NCBI GenBank assembly: GCA_010093745.1
Contig: MU005989.1
Coordinates: forward strand, 126,776 to 184,577
Source of the DNA: Piedraia hortae CBS 480.64
Taxonomy: Eukaryota
Length of the DNA stretch: 57,802 bases
Reading direction: 5' to 3'
The notes under the pieces: model-generated
The model's database searches: none
The model's input: only the letters and a program-made list of their open reading frames with translations
Told to the model about the DNA's origin: nothing
Part shown: in pieces, positions 10,449-21,781 of the stretch
How the letters are laid out: each line of letters begins with the position of its first letter
How positions within the stretch are numbered: the stretch's first letter is position 1
Translations under genes and position numbers: made by a program

Positions 10449-11177
10449 TCACAAAAATAATGGACCCATCGCACCGCGTTCAAATTCCCTCAACGCTTCC
10501 ACCGAGGTCGTCTCTGCGAGGAAAACACTAACCACAATGCCTCTCCGATCAACCCATCCAGCCCCACGGCAGACTAAATGTTTTAAATTAGCGGAAAGAT
10601 ACCTCTTAACACAGCTGGGGAGGATATCATTCATTTGCTGATCGGGAATCGCCAACGCGAGTAGCGCCAGCAACAGCGCCAGCTCACCAATTAGACCCTC
10701 CGTCTCATGAGATTCCAACGAGGCCTGGTACGCATCTGTAAGCAAGAATTTGGTCCATTTCTGGTCGGGTCTACGCAGCGGTAGGCGCCGGTGTTCGAGA
10801 AACTGGCCCACCTGGATGTATGGGGGCACGATGCGAAAGCTCAGTGTCGACCACTGCGCTGCGTCGTCCTCACCGACGGGCGAGTCTTCCGAGTCCGATC
10901 CAGATCCCATAGCCGCGCTGTTCTCTTTGCCGTCTCCAACCTTGGACATTGTCGCATCGTGCGCGACGGTGAAGAAGTGACCATGGTCGTGGTAGATGGA
11001 GAAGGAGCTGTATAGGTGGGAGTCAGGCGGGATACCGCTGACCTGGCAGTTTGAGCCATCAAAGTAGTAGCTCCACGTCTGCTGCCGCTGGTTGCCGCCC
11101 ACGGCCTTTGGAGGGAGCCACCGGCCTCCAGTCTCAGGTGTGCTTATGCGTGGGGCACGGTGTCGGTCGGGGGTCAT
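10449..11177 (-). CDS. Hypothetical protein
   Basis: 242-aa ATG ORF with globular-like composition that fills the gap between neighbouring genes; no family recognised. Confidence 0.6.
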   Translation of the reverse strand: MTPDRHRAPRISTPETGGRWLPPKAVGGNQRQQTWSYYFDGSNCQVSGIPPDSHLYSSFSIYHDHGHFFTVAHDATMSKVGDGKENSAAMGSGSDSEDSPVGEDDAAQWSTLSFRIVPPYIQVGQFLEHRRLPLRRPDQKWTKFLLTDAYQASLESHETEGLIGELALLLALLALAIPDQQMNDILPSCVKRYLSANLKHLVCRGAGWVDRRGIVVSVFLAETTSVEALREFERGAMGPLFL

Positions 11178-11748
11178 GCGCGAGACGGTGAAGAAATAGC
11201 TTGGCTGTTTTTCTAACTATCAGTTTTTGGCCTAGGCGAGGGTCGATAACGCACTGCTGGGTTATGGGCGATAAAGTGATTCGGGTCGAAGGGGTATATC
11301 TGCATCCAGGTCTGGGGGTCCATTTACAGCTTTTTCTTCCCCGGCGAGGGAGGACCATGGTGTCATGTAGGGCCGATGGATGCGGGGTACAGAATGCATG
11401 CCTGCGGTAGTGTCGGGAGTGACAAATACTTTGCTTTCGGTGGAAATTGGGCATTCTGGATTAACTTCTCTGGCATAGGTATACGTGTGTGGAGTACTGT
11501 AATTTACTGCGAAAGTGGGGAGTGATAAGCCCTCTTGGGGGGAGGATTTCCTTCTCAAGAGGCGCTCGGTGGAAGTACATGATAGCTGATCCCATAGGGC
11601 TGATTATGCATGTTCATCCTTCGGAGAATTCAAACCCCCGGCACGAGCATTTGACATCTGACACCTGTCTGCCAAGCCTTGATACCCCCACCACCCCACC
11701 ATCAATCTTTTTTTTTTTTTTTTCATAAAATTCCCGCTCACCCTCAGA

Positions 11749-13239
11749 ATGTCAGACCAGAAGCCAATCCACACAGCAGTCCTTGATACAGGGCCTATCA
11801 TCCAAAACACGCCCTCCATCTCCACCCTCTTAGCCCAAACATCAAGCCTCGTCACCGTCCCTGCAATCGTTTCCGAAATTCGTGATGCAGCAACACGCGC
11901 GCGGGTAGAAACTACCCTGTTTCCGTTCCTGACACTGAGGACACCGAAACGGGAGAGCGTGAATGTCATCAGAGCGTTTGCGCGGAAGACAGGCGATTTG
12001 CCGGTGCTAAGTAACGTCGATGTACAGGTCCTGGCCCTAGCATATGAGTTAGAATGTGAGAGGAATGGGGGCCCTTGGAGACTTAGGATGACGCCTAATT
12101 TGGGGAGGATGAAACAGGCCAACGAGGGGCATGAAGAGAAGAAGGAGTCTGATGAGGAGGGGTGGGAAGTAGCTGGGAAGCCGAGGAGGAAGGTGGAGGG
12201 AACGGAGAGAAAAGTGGCAGCCGGTGGTACTGACCATGACCAGCTGAGGCAAGGAATAGACGGCCTCCGACTTACTCAACCGGGACAGGAGGAAGTTGTA
12301 GTTGATAAAGCGCCACAACAGGAACGGTCTGGCAATGTAGAAGGCGAAACTGCACATGAACCGAGATCGGAGCAAGGTTCAACAGCACTGCAGCAGGAAC
12401 AATCTATCGACCCAGAGAAGTCGGAACACACCGTGGCAGACGACAACAACGTTCATGCCGTGCCAGAGCAGCACCCGTCCGGTAGTATACCGGAAAAGGA
12501 CTTGGGAGAGTCCGAAGACAAGGCAGACGGCATTGGCGAGGTTTCCCAACAGGAGAAGCCCATTACTACAGAGGCAGAACAGTCCAATAAAGTGGAAGAC
12601 TCCGATTCAGATTCGGAAGAATGGATCACGCCGTCTAACCTCTCACAACACCAAGCCCTCCACTCTGGCGTCTCAACCCAAAAAAAAGGAACAAGCGTCA
12701 TTCAGGTCGGAGTTCTGACGACCGACTTCGCCATGCAAAACGTACTGATGCAAATGAACCTAAACCTGCTATCCTCATCACTGAGCAAGGTGAAGCAGCT
12801 CAAGACACATGTGCTCCGGTGCCACGCCTGCTTCCAGGTGACGAAGGACATGGACAAGCAGTTCTGTCCCCGCTGTGGCCAGCCGGCGCTGACACGCGTA
12901 ACATGTTCGACAAATTCCAAAGGCGAGTTTCAGCTGCATCTGAAAAAGAACATGACATGGAACACGCGCGGGAACAGATACAGCGTCCCCAAGCCTACCC
13001 ACGGTTCGGCCGGGGGAAAGCCAAGAGGCGGGGGCAAAGGCGGCTGGGGCCATGATCTCATCCTGGCCGAAGACCAAAAAGAATACGATAGGGCTGTCAA
13101 GACAAACCAGAGGCTGAAAAACAGGGATTTGATGGACACTGATTATCTGCCCAGCATCCTCACCGGTGACCGGAACAAACATGCCGGTGGGAGAATAAAG
13201 GTTGGAGCGGGAAAAAACGTCAATTCGAGGAAGAGGTAA
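11749..13239 (+). CDS. NOB1: 20S pre-rRNA D-site endonuclease NOB1
   Basis: PIN domain (VLDTGP...EIRD...KTGDLPVLSNVD), EWITPSN, TTDFAMQNVLMQM, Zn ribbon RCHAC...FCPRCG. Confidence 0.97.
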   Translation: MSDQKPIHTAVLDTGPIIQNTPSISTLLAQTSSLVTVPAIVSEIRDAATRARVETTLFPFLTLRTPKRESVNVIRAFARKTGDLPVLSNVDVQVLALAYELECERNGGPWRLRMTPNLGRMKQANEGHEEKKESDEEGWEVAGKPRRKVEGTERKVAAGGTDHDQLRQGIDGLRLTQPGQEEVVVDKAPQQERSGNVEGETAHEPRSEQGSTALQQEQSIDPEKSEHTVADDNNVHAVPEQHPSGSIPEKDLGESEDKADGIGEVSQQEKPITTEAEQSNKVEDSDSDSEEWITPSNLSQHQALHSGVSTQKKGTSVIQVGVLTTDFAMQNVLMQMNLNLLSSSLSKVKQLKTHVLRCHACFQVTKDMDKQFCPRCGQPALTRVTCSTNSKGEFQLHLKKNMTWNTRGNRYSVPKPTHGSAGGKPRGGGKGGWGHDLILAEDQKEYDRAVKTNQRLKNRDLMDTDYLPSILTGDRNKHAGGRIKVGAGKNVNSRKR

Positions 13240-13895
13240 TTATTTCCTGGCTTTTGTCTTCTTCTGTTTTACATGGTGTTCGTGTCGCTGGCCCATGGCC
13301 TGGCCTATCTGGTAATTGGCCTGGCGGTACTGGTTGCTGGGACTGAGACGGAGTCTTGGCTTTTCGCTCCTGGCCGCCACTGTTCGAGAGCTGTTTGAGT
13401 CATCGCACAGCTTTGTGGATGCGTCTCCAACTGCGAGATCCCCTGCGACTTGTGACGTGGCCGTTGACGGCATCTTGTAGGCCAACATGCCTAACCTCCG
13501 ACGCCTTGCAGCATTCTGCGGCCGCGGTAGAGTGTGGTCCTTCTCGATAACAACGCCAATGTACTTTTTGTCTGGATGGCGGGCAGGATCCCGGTAGTAT
13601 CGAACGAACCCGGCAGTGCCGGCCATAATGGTGTGATCTCGACCCTATCTTCATTTAGCCGCATTCGTTTCACGAGCACTCTGCCTACCATAAAGCAATT
13701 GTCTCCTGGCATCCACAGTGTTCCCCGCTGTCTAAACAGGATCGTTCCGTTGACAACGTAGTCGCCGGCCGCCTTCTTCGCGCCGAGACGCTTGCCAGGC
13801 CCATCTTTTGCACCGTTTGCAACGCCCTGGGCTTGATGGGAGGCCCAACGGACAATCCGAAGCGGGCCAATGGCGTGCGAGGCCAGTCGCGGCAT
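13240..13895 (-). CDS. MRP7: Mitochondrial ribosomal protein bL27m, intron 13645-13688
   Basis: VRWASHQAQG..NGAKDGPGKRLGAKK...ILFRQRGTLW.PGDNCFM|GRDHTI...GFVRYYRDP; GTAGGC...TAG intron joins the two ORF-track pieces. Confidence 0.93.
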
Positions 13896-14045
13896 GGCAG
13901 TGGTCGTTGGTCTGGTTATGGATGGATTCGAATGATGGGCGGAGTAGTTCCGCGTCCATCAATGTGACTTTTTTGACTTCCACTCCGCCGCGGGGTCCAC
14001 CGCCGCCAACTCACGCAACATAAACGGAACAACAACTCGCACAAC

Positions 14046-15502
14046 ATGGCGTCGGCCATTTTTTTCCTCGATCTCAAGGGCAAGACGCTATTGGCGCGCA
14101 ACTACCGCGGCGACATTCCGATGAGCGCCGTAGAAAAATTTCCGGCGCTGCTGTTCGAGGCAGAGGAGGAGTCATCTTCGGCGCCGCCTTGCATGTCCAG
14201 TGAAGGCATCAACTACCTATACATTCGCCACAACAACCTCTACCTACTGGCCATGACGAAGCGTAACGGCAACGCGGCCGAAATCCTACTGTTCTTGCAC
14301 CGCATCGTCGATGTCTTCACCGAATACTTCAAGGTGCTAGAGGAGGAGAGCATCCGCGACAACTTTGTAGTCATCTACGAACTGCTGGACGAGATGATGG
14401 ATTTTGGCCATCCACAGACAACGGAGCCCAAGATTCTGCAAGAGTACATCACGCAGGAGAGCCACATGCTTGAGGTCCAGGCCCGGCCGCCCATTGCCGT
14501 TACCAACGCCGTCAGCTGGCGCAGTGACGGAATCCGCTACCGCAAAAACGAGGTGTTCTTGGACGTGGTTGAGTCGCTGAATCTGCTGGTCAGCAGCACC
14601 GGTAGCGTACTCCGGTCAGAGATTCTGGGGGCCATCAAGATGAAATGTTACCTGTCAGGTATGCCAGAGCTGCGGCTAGGGCTCAACGATAAGGTCATGT
14701 TTGAGACGACGGGGCGCGCGAGCAGAGGCAAGAGCGTGGAGATGGAGGACGTCAAGTTTCACCAGTGCGTGCGACTCTCGCGGTTTGAGAACGACCGCAC
14801 CATCAGCTTCATTCCCCCAGACGGCGAGTTTGAGCTCATGTCATACCGGCTAAATACGCAGGTGAAGCCGCTCATCTGGGTCGAGTGCATGGTTGAGAGC
14901 CATTCGGGCAGCCGTATAGAGTACATGCTGAAGGCCAGGGCGCAGTTTAAGCGCCGATCTACTGCCAACAACGTCGAGATTCACATCCCCGTGCCTGACG
15001 ATGCAGATTCGCCACGCTTCCGCACAAATATCGGCTCCGTGCACTATGCGCCAGAGAGCAGCGAGATTGTGTGGAAAATCAAGCAATTCGGAGGTGGCAA
15101 GGAGTTTTTGATGCGGGCCGAACTCGGCCTGCCTTCCGTGCGGTAAGTGTGCAGTGAACAGCGGAGTATATGGACTGTCGGGCTAACAGCACAAGCGGCG
15201 ACGAAGAACGGGGGGGCGGCATGATGGGTGGCTTTGGCGGCTCCATGGGCGGCGTCGCAGGCAACACCAAAGCACGAAGACCGATTCAGGTCAAATTCGA
15301 GATTCCCTACTTTACCACCTCTGGCATACAGGTGCGATATCTCAAGATTATCGAGCCAAAGGTAGGTTTCAGGCAACAACATAATGAGCACACTAATGAT
15401 ATCTAGTTGCAATACCCTTCCCTCCCCTGGGTGAGATACATCACGCAATCGGGCGACATTGCGGTCCGACTGCCCGACATTCAACAAACAAACCAGAGAT
15501 GA
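14046..15502 (+). CDS. APM1: AP-1 adaptor complex mu subunit, introns 15143-15195 and 15362-15406
   Basis: MASAIFFLDLKGKTLLARNYRGDI, SIRDNFVVIYELLDEMMDFG, KNEVFLDV, SFIPPDGEFELM; spliced C-terminus FEIPYFTTSGIQVRYLKIIEPK|LQYPSLPWVRYITQSG. Confidence 0.97.
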
Positions 15503-15646
15503 CGCGTAATGATCTGTTGGTTTAGCGGTTCGGTGAACAGACACGAGCCCCACATACGTTCAGGTAGCCGCAAACTTGTCCCATATGTAATACCTAGCTA
15601 GATCCACCCGTGGGAACCAAAACTCCCACGGGTTACGTCACACGCA

Positions 15647-16960
15647 ATGATCCTCTTCCTCGTCGCCGCAATCTGCCTGATATGGTATCTCTCCGTCGTG
15701 ACCGTATCTCTTCTAGGGATCATCCAACTGCGACGGCACTACACCCGCCCACCCTGTACAAAACCCCTCTCCCACCACCCAGACATAACCCTCATCCGCC
15801 CGATCAAAGGCCACGAACCGCATCTACAAACGTGTCTACTCTCGACCTTTACCCAAACCTACCCGCGGGAAAAGCTGCATATACGGTTCTGCCTCTCCCA
15901 CCCCTCGGAGCCAGCCTATCACCTCGTGACCCGTCTCGCAAAAGAATACTCTCTCCTCGGCTTCGACGTCCAAGTGTCAATATCCTCAGATGAGGAGACC
16001 CAAGGCCCGAACCCGAAGATCAGAAACATGGCCTCCGCGTACCGCAACGCGGGTCGGGACCATATTGTCTGGATCCTGGACTGTAATGTCTGGGTTGCAC
16101 CACCGACGGCTGAGAGGATGGTAGATACCCTTCTCGGAAACGTCAAGTTTGTCCATCTGCTCCCGCTCGTGGTTGCCACCATGGACTGGGAGAGCAGAAA
16201 CGCCGACAGGAGAAGAGGGAAATATCTAGAAGAGATGTTCACCTGCACCTCACACGCAAAATTCTATACGGCGATCAATACGGTTCTCATAGCGCCGTGT
16301 GTCGTGGGGAAGAGTAGCATGTTCCGGAGGAAACATTTGGATCTTCTTACGGACGGCAAGGGGATCGAGTTTTTCGCGTGGAACATCTGCGAGGATCATT
16401 TGATTGGGGATTTGCTCTGGAAGGGGCGACTGCCGCCACCGCCGGAGGAGGGAGGTACGTGGAGAAATCATGAGATTTGTTGGGGCACGCTTGCTGTGCA
16501 GCCGCTGGGGAGTATGAGTGTGCTGGATTATTGGAAGAGACGGGTGAGGTGGTTGAGGGTTAGAAAGTATACTGTTACCCTCGCCACGCTCGTGGAGCCG
16601 GGAACTGAGTGTTTCCTTTGCTCCGTCTATGGAGCTTTTGCGGTGGGGGTTTACTTTGGGTGGACGAGTGCCGCGGTTTTTTGGTTCCTGTCGGTTGCGA
16701 CTTGGTGTGTTGGGGACTTTTTCCTGTACCGCCATTTGCTGTCGTGTAAAGCTGTTGAGAGGGAGGGAGCAGTGCCTGGTTTCATTGCCGAGGGGAGGAG
16801 GGTGGGCTTTGGGCAATGGCTGAGGATGTGGTTAGGGCGAGAAACCCTTGCATTGCCCATATGGATGGTTGCTTTTTGGGGTGGTGATACGGTTGAGTGG
16901 AGGGGGAGCAAGTTTAGAGTTGGACGTGACATGAGGGTCACGGAACTAAAAACGGATTAA
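15647..16960 (+). CDS. GCS1: Ceramide glucosyltransferase (glucosylceramide synthase, GT21)
   Basis: N-terminal TM, IRPIKG, GPNPKIRNM, WILDCN, HAKFYTAIN..APCVVGKS, ICEDHLIG, RRVRWLRVRK, C-terminal WRG..F. Confidence 0.93.
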   Translation: MILFLVAAICLIWYLSVVTVSLLGIIQLRRHYTRPPCTKPLSHHPDITLIRPIKGHEPHLQTCLLSTFTQTYPREKLHIRFCLSHPSEPAYHLVTRLAKEYSLLGFDVQVSISSDEETQGPNPKIRNMASAYRNAGRDHIVWILDCNVWVAPPTAERMVDTLLGNVKFVHLLPLVVATMDWESRNADRRRGKYLEEMFTCTSHAKFYTAINTVLIAPCVVGKSSMFRRKHLDLLTDGKGIEFFAWNICEDHLIGDLLWKGRLPPPPEEGGTWRNHEICWGTLAVQPLGSMSVLDYWKRRVRWLRVRKYTVTLATLVEPGTECFLCSVYGAFAVGVYFGWTSAAVFWFLSVATWCVGDFFLYRHLLSCKAVEREGAVPGFIAEGRRVGFGQWLRMWLGRETLALPIWMVAFWGGDTVEWRGSKFRVGRDMRVTELKTD

Positions 16961-16962
16961 TC

Positions 16963-17476
16963 TCATTCATCGTCACTTGTCTCTTCATGATTTGCTTTCT
17001 CGACAGGTTTCGAGTGTCCGTTTGTGGGTTCCTGTGCAGCATCGGCCGGGCCGTCGTACTGCGGCCTGGCGACAGTCTCGCCTTTTTCTTTCAGCACCTT
17101 TTCGAGCTTCGGTAAGAGCGTGACGAATGCATTCAATTGATCGATTGTGAGAGAGATGCCCTTTCTACCGTCAGCACTACAAGCTTTCTATTAGATACTC
17201 GTGATACCTTTTTTCCAGGAAACATCTTTCCGTCCTTTTCGTAAAACTCGCGGATCCCAACAAGATTCGATCCCTTGAACGAACTCAGATGCACCCGACG
17301 CTTGTCGTTGAGCTATGCAGCTTGTTAACGCTGCGTTGGACGAAAGTAGACAGCCAAACCTCAAAGTATTCGTTCCCCTCCTCATCTTTTTGGATGTTGC
17401 CTCCAACCTTTACTTTTTTGGATGACTCGCCCTGCTCCTCACCTCGGCTGGACGGCTGCTTCCTCTTAGGTGGCAT
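16963..17476 (-). CDS. SUB1: PC4/Sub1 transcriptional coactivator, introns 17313-17359 and 17161-17207
   Basis: Spliced: [56 protein letters not shown] (PC4 ssDNA-binding domain). Confidence 0.92.
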
Positions 17477-17635
17477 TGTTTGACGTCACAATTGCGTTTG
17501 CCTTGACGCGACTTTAGCGCATTTGCCTTGGCGCGCTGTGGCCAATGGCGCGACGCGTCGGTCGCACCTCACGACGGAACTTGTCAACACGTTCCAAACA
17601 CTGGCTCGGCCTGACACTCTGCAATTGTTACCAAC

Positions 17636-19144
17636 ATGGACAACAGCGTCATGCCTTCCAGCCCGCCGTCGTCGTCGCGCTACGAACTGGACCTCGACGC
17701 GCTTCAAGGCGCCAGCGAGACCTTCAATCCGGCCATGATGCCTCGGATCGAATGCGTGCAGAGCGACGATATTGAAGGACCGACCAACTTTACCATTGAT
17801 ATGATGCGCCTGATGCATTCCCGTCGCCCGGCCCATGGCGAACATGATGGCAATCATCACCAGAACGGCAATCATCACCAGCGCGATGCCGATCATGACG
17901 ACCATGGGGACAATACCGAACATGAGCAAGAGCTGAGAGTGCCATCGTCCCCCCAGGAACGTCTCTGTCCGTCTGCGTCCAGCCGTCACACTCCCGACGA
18001 AAGCCCGCCAAAGGAGTCCGCCAATCAGCAGCGTCACGAAGACTCCGTCTGGCCCACGCTCCACGTGAACACGCCGCCGCCCAAACCCAAAAACATCGCC
18101 ATGGGAGAAGAAGAATTTCATTCCGACTTTACGCCCGCCAAGCCCTCTAGCCCTACGTTGTCTCCTAACATTGCCCGCCGCGCCGTTCCGTCTGCACAGT
18201 TCGTTGACCAGGATCTGATCCTGCAGCTGGAAACGGCGCGCTCGCGTTGCAACGCTCTGGAGAAGCATAACGCCATGATGGAAGAAGGTATTGAGCGCGA
18301 GAAGCGCGCGCACGCCGCCGAAGTGCAGCGTCTCCGCCAGGAAATTTTGTCTGCTCAGCGCGCCAAGAAGGCCGAAACCACGCGCCGTACTGAGGTAGAG
18401 GCTCAGCTTGCCTCCACCCGCGACGAGCTCCGCCGCCAGACCGAGGATCGCGATATTCTCTTGGCGGAAGTCGACCGTCAGCGCAAAATTGCCAAGGTCT
18501 TCCGTGAGGCGAGTGAGGAGAGTGCTACGGAGCTCGCTAAGAGCCGTGTCAAGGAGAGTGCTGCCGAGCGTGCTGCCGAGCGCACTGTTGAGCGTGCTGC
18601 TGACCGTCCCTCTTCTCCTCGCGAAAAGACGGAGGCCGGTGAGCGTTCTTCCACGCGCAAGATGTCCCAGCCCAACAGCGAGGCCTCAAGCTCGTCGGAC
18701 CTCCAGCGCGCCCTGACCCTAGCGGAGAAGCTGGACGCACAGCTTAAGAAAGCGCAGGCTCTCCTTCAGTCGCAGCAGGTAAAGTACGAAAAAGCTCTAG
18801 CCACCACCGAAAGCGCTCACACCGCTCGTCTCAACGCCGCCATCCTCGACCGCGATCAGGTCGCTGATAAGCACACTGAGGAGATCAAAAAGCTGAAGGA
18901 TATCATCAAGGCCAAGGATGAGGTTAATGAGGAGGTCGATCGTCGCGTTGATAATGCTATGCGCAAGCGTGAGAGTGCCTGGAAGCAGAAAGAGAAGGAC
19001 TGGCTTGAGGAGCGCAAACTCATGGTCGATACGCTGTTCACGTTGTGGGGTGAGAAAGAATGCGGCGTGGAGAACAACAAGGACGGGAAGCAGCAGTACC
19101 GCTACAAGTACGTCAAGCGTTCGGGTGTGGGAAATGCTGATTAA
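17636..19144 (+). CDS. Long coiled-coil protein with a short C-terminal motif; possibly spindle-pole-body associated
   Basis: 502-aa ORF; disordered N-terminus with SDDIEGPTNFTID, ~280 aa of coiled coil, LWGEKECG...QQYRYKYVK end. The function is inference only. Confidence 0.75.
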   Translation: MDNSVMPSSPPSSSRYELDLDALQGASETFNPAMMPRIECVQSDDIEGPTNFTIDMMRLMHSRRPAHGEHDGNHHQNGNHHQRDADHDDHGDNTEHEQELRVPSSPQERLCPSASSRHTPDESPPKESANQQRHEDSVWPTLHVNTPPPKPKNIAMGEEEFHSDFTPAKPSSPTLSPNIARRAVPSAQFVDQDLILQLETARSRCNALEKHNAMMEEGIEREKRAHAAEVQRLRQEILSAQRAKKAETTRRTEVEAQLASTRDELRRQTEDRDILLAEVDRQRKIAKVFREASEESATELAKSRVKESAAERAAERTVERAADRPSSPREKTEAGERSSTRKMSQPNSEASSSSDLQRALTLAEKLDAQLKKAQALLQSQQVKYEKALATTESAHTARLNAAILDRDQVADKHTEEIKKLKDIIKAKDEVNEEVDRRVDNAMRKRESAWKQKEKDWLEERKLMVDTLFTLWGEKECGVENNKDGKQQYRYKYVKRSGVGNAD

Positions 19145-19304
19145 CTGTCGTTTGCTTCCTTGCTCGCGTCCAATGCAGAGCTAGTAAAAACGAATTATGA
19201 CTGAATTATCTTATCGCGTGCCACAATACTATGAATTAATCGTGCATTGTAGTGATTATGTTTGAACGTTCATGTCGCACCTACAAGAACGCTGCATGCT
19301 TAAG

Positions 19305-19618
19305 CTAGTAGTCACGGCCCATGACTTTCTTGTCCTCTACTTCTATTAACCCTCATCAAAGACTCGGACGAGAAGAAACTTACTGTCTTGCTGCGTAATA
19401 AGTAGTCCGTAGCGCCTCTTTAGCGTCACCCTCTGTCTATTTCCAATTAGCTTGGCCTTTCGGGTATTAGATTTTCGAACGATTATTACATACCTCGAAA
19501 ACTGATCATCGGGCGAGAAGCGCGCGGGATGCGCAGACTTAGTCATTTCCTCCCCGACATTCTTCTTTAGCGTGTAGACTCGGTTTCCCGAAGCGTCGAG
19601 CGTGTACATTAGATGCAT
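19305..19618 (-). CDS. NOP10: H/ACA snoRNP protein Nop10, introns 19437-19493 and 19343-19383
   Basis: [19 protein letters not shown]...[29 protein letters not shown]. Confidence 0.95.
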
Positions 19619-19766
19619 CTTTGTGTTCTGTTGGTGGGCGCGTGGGTTTGATATCGCTGTTAGCGTTTCGATCACGCACAACTTTTCCGTAGGTGCGGAT
19701 CTTCCCGCTGATCCGTCCGATAAAGCCATTGAGATTAGCGACAGCTGTTCGCTCACTACCAAGAAG

Positions 19767-20190
19767 ATGAATTGCCTACTCCCGCTCACGCTCCTGCTAG
19801 CCGTAGTGAACGCCCAGTTTCCGTTTTTCGGACACATGTTTGGCGGCGGTGGGAACGCGGCCGACCATGCGCAGAATTTTCCATCCGATTCCGCTTGGTA
19901 TAGATCTCAGCATGACAATGGTATATTCCTGCTCAAGACGTCTACTCATCTAGAAAAGAAAGGGGAGCCGATACTGATAATGAGTCTACGTAGCCCACTG
20001 CGACAGGTATCTCTGTCCCGGCACGCTGTCGTGCGTACATTTTCCTCACCATTGCCCTTGCGCATGGCCCGAATACGAGGATAAAGTAGAACTGGGTGAG
20101 GGAAGCATGGTCTGTGTCAGTAAAGTACCCAGGTCAGATTCTAAGGGCGGGCTGAAGAAAATCGAGTTGGCAAGAAAAGGGCTTGTCTAA
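19767..20190 (+). CDS. LCL2: Long chronological lifespan protein 2, intron 19921-19993
   Basis: Signal peptide, [11 protein letters not shown]...PSDSAWY, then [37 protein letters not shown]...KIELARKGL. Confidence 0.9.
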
Positions 20191-20510
20191 TGGGATAGAG
20201 CTGGCGTTGTGGCATATGTAATTAGATGATATCCACATGGGGAGAGCAGCTTATCTGTTGTCGTGATATTTACGTCAGAGGGGCTGAGCAGTGGGGCAAT
20301 AGGGTTAGGTCGTCTTGACCACACTTCGCCGGAGTTTTCTTTCCTCTCGACAACGCTACCCATTGACAGTACAGCCTCACCTTTGCACTAGTGAACGCTG
20401 CGATTCCGGTCAGCGGAGACTGAAAACGGTACATTAAGAGCTGCCCTGGGACTATAACCCATCCTAGCGTGCAGTGTCAGAAGTATCATACATCCCACCA
20501 TCAGCCTTGT

Positions 20511-20885
20511 TTAACTGGAAGCAACTTCATTCGTTCCATTCCCAAGCTCCTCTTCAAAATACCAGACAATCTTGTTAAACTCTTCGGATTCTTTGATGCG
20601 TCCGTATCGTTTCAGAACATTCGCCGTTGCTTGGCACACATTCATTGCGTCGGTAAGGCACCAGTACAGCTTTCGTCCGTTGAGCTCTGGCGCATTTGGG
20701 TCGTACTTCTTTGTCGTTAACGAGGCAAGTTCTGGCTTGCTCATGTCTAAAATTTGGGCAAAGTAATCAAGCATTGCCTCCTGTTCCTCCAGCCATTTTG
20801 CTTGAAGCAAAAGATTGTTCAGATTCTGCCAAAGCGAGAAGAGGCGTGTTTCTTGCCACGTTGTGCGCTCCGAAGACGACGGCAT
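20511..20885 (-). CDS. Small helical hypothetical protein
   Basis: 124-aa ATG ORF in AAGATG context with amphipathic helical composition; no family recognised. Confidence 0.55.
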   Translation of the reverse strand: MPSSSERTTWQETRLFSLWQNLNNLLLQAKWLEEQEAMLDYFAQILDMSKPELASLTTKKYDPNAPELNGRKLYWCLTDAMNVCQATANVLKRYGRIKESEEFNKIVWYFEEELGNGTNEVASS

Positions 20886-21781
20886 CTTGATTGGTTGTTT
20901 TCTGTTGTGTAACTCTAATGTATGTGTGGTCGAAGAGGGTGAGAAAATGACACCAGATGGCGGATTGCATGCCGCGCGTCGTGCTCCTTCCCAAATTGTT
21001 TCTGTTTATTGATATTGCTGACTGTGAAAGCCAACAGGGCAATTTGATGTGCAATCTCATGCCCCGCCCAGGTAACAAAGCGCTTGACTCGCATGGTGAA
21101 AGGCTGATAAGGTTAACGCCGAAGCGCGCAGAGTGAAAGCAAGCGTGCTTGATCCGTGGTCAGCTTGCCCACGCAATTCACTGCTGATAGTCCTGCTATA
21201 AGCTCATATTTTGCTGACAATAGTCACCCAAAGCAAGGGATAATTGGCCGTAGGGCAGCAAACGAGGCGAGGTACAAGTCACCTTGCTGCAGTCTCAAAC
21301 CGTCTAGATGGTTTTGCACGATCAATCTCGGATGGTTGCTTCTTGATGGCGTACACACTGAACCTCAAACGCCATCAAGCAGATAAAGGCCTTTTGAGGT
21401 CAGTCGTTGTCTTATCAGCTATAGTAAGTTCCTCCTTTGAACCAAAAACATTCCTCACGCAAGGATCTGCGAAACACTGAAAAGTGGACAGTAATCGCCT
21501 CTGCACCGACAATCGCATGCTGACAGTGCTGGCAATCAGGGGTGCTACTCCGGAAGATGTCCGTTTGATCCCTGCCACGGCTCTCGCTCGGTTGACCTGG
21601 CAGTTGAGTACATTCCAGATGGAGGCGGGGACCATCCACACACTTTACCAACCCTTCCTTACTCTACATGTCTCGGCGTCATAAGGAAATCATAGTATGC
21701 GTTCCTCTAGTGATTGGCTTTCCAGCCTTGAATCAAGACATCTAAAACCCTCCCTTTCCCTTCTCTTCGTCAACTCCCAGA

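Noticed and set aside
19346..19837. 163-aa ORF containing Nop10
   Set aside because: Read-through of a 57-nt in-frame intron plus upstream sequence overlapping LCL2; the real gene starts at 19618
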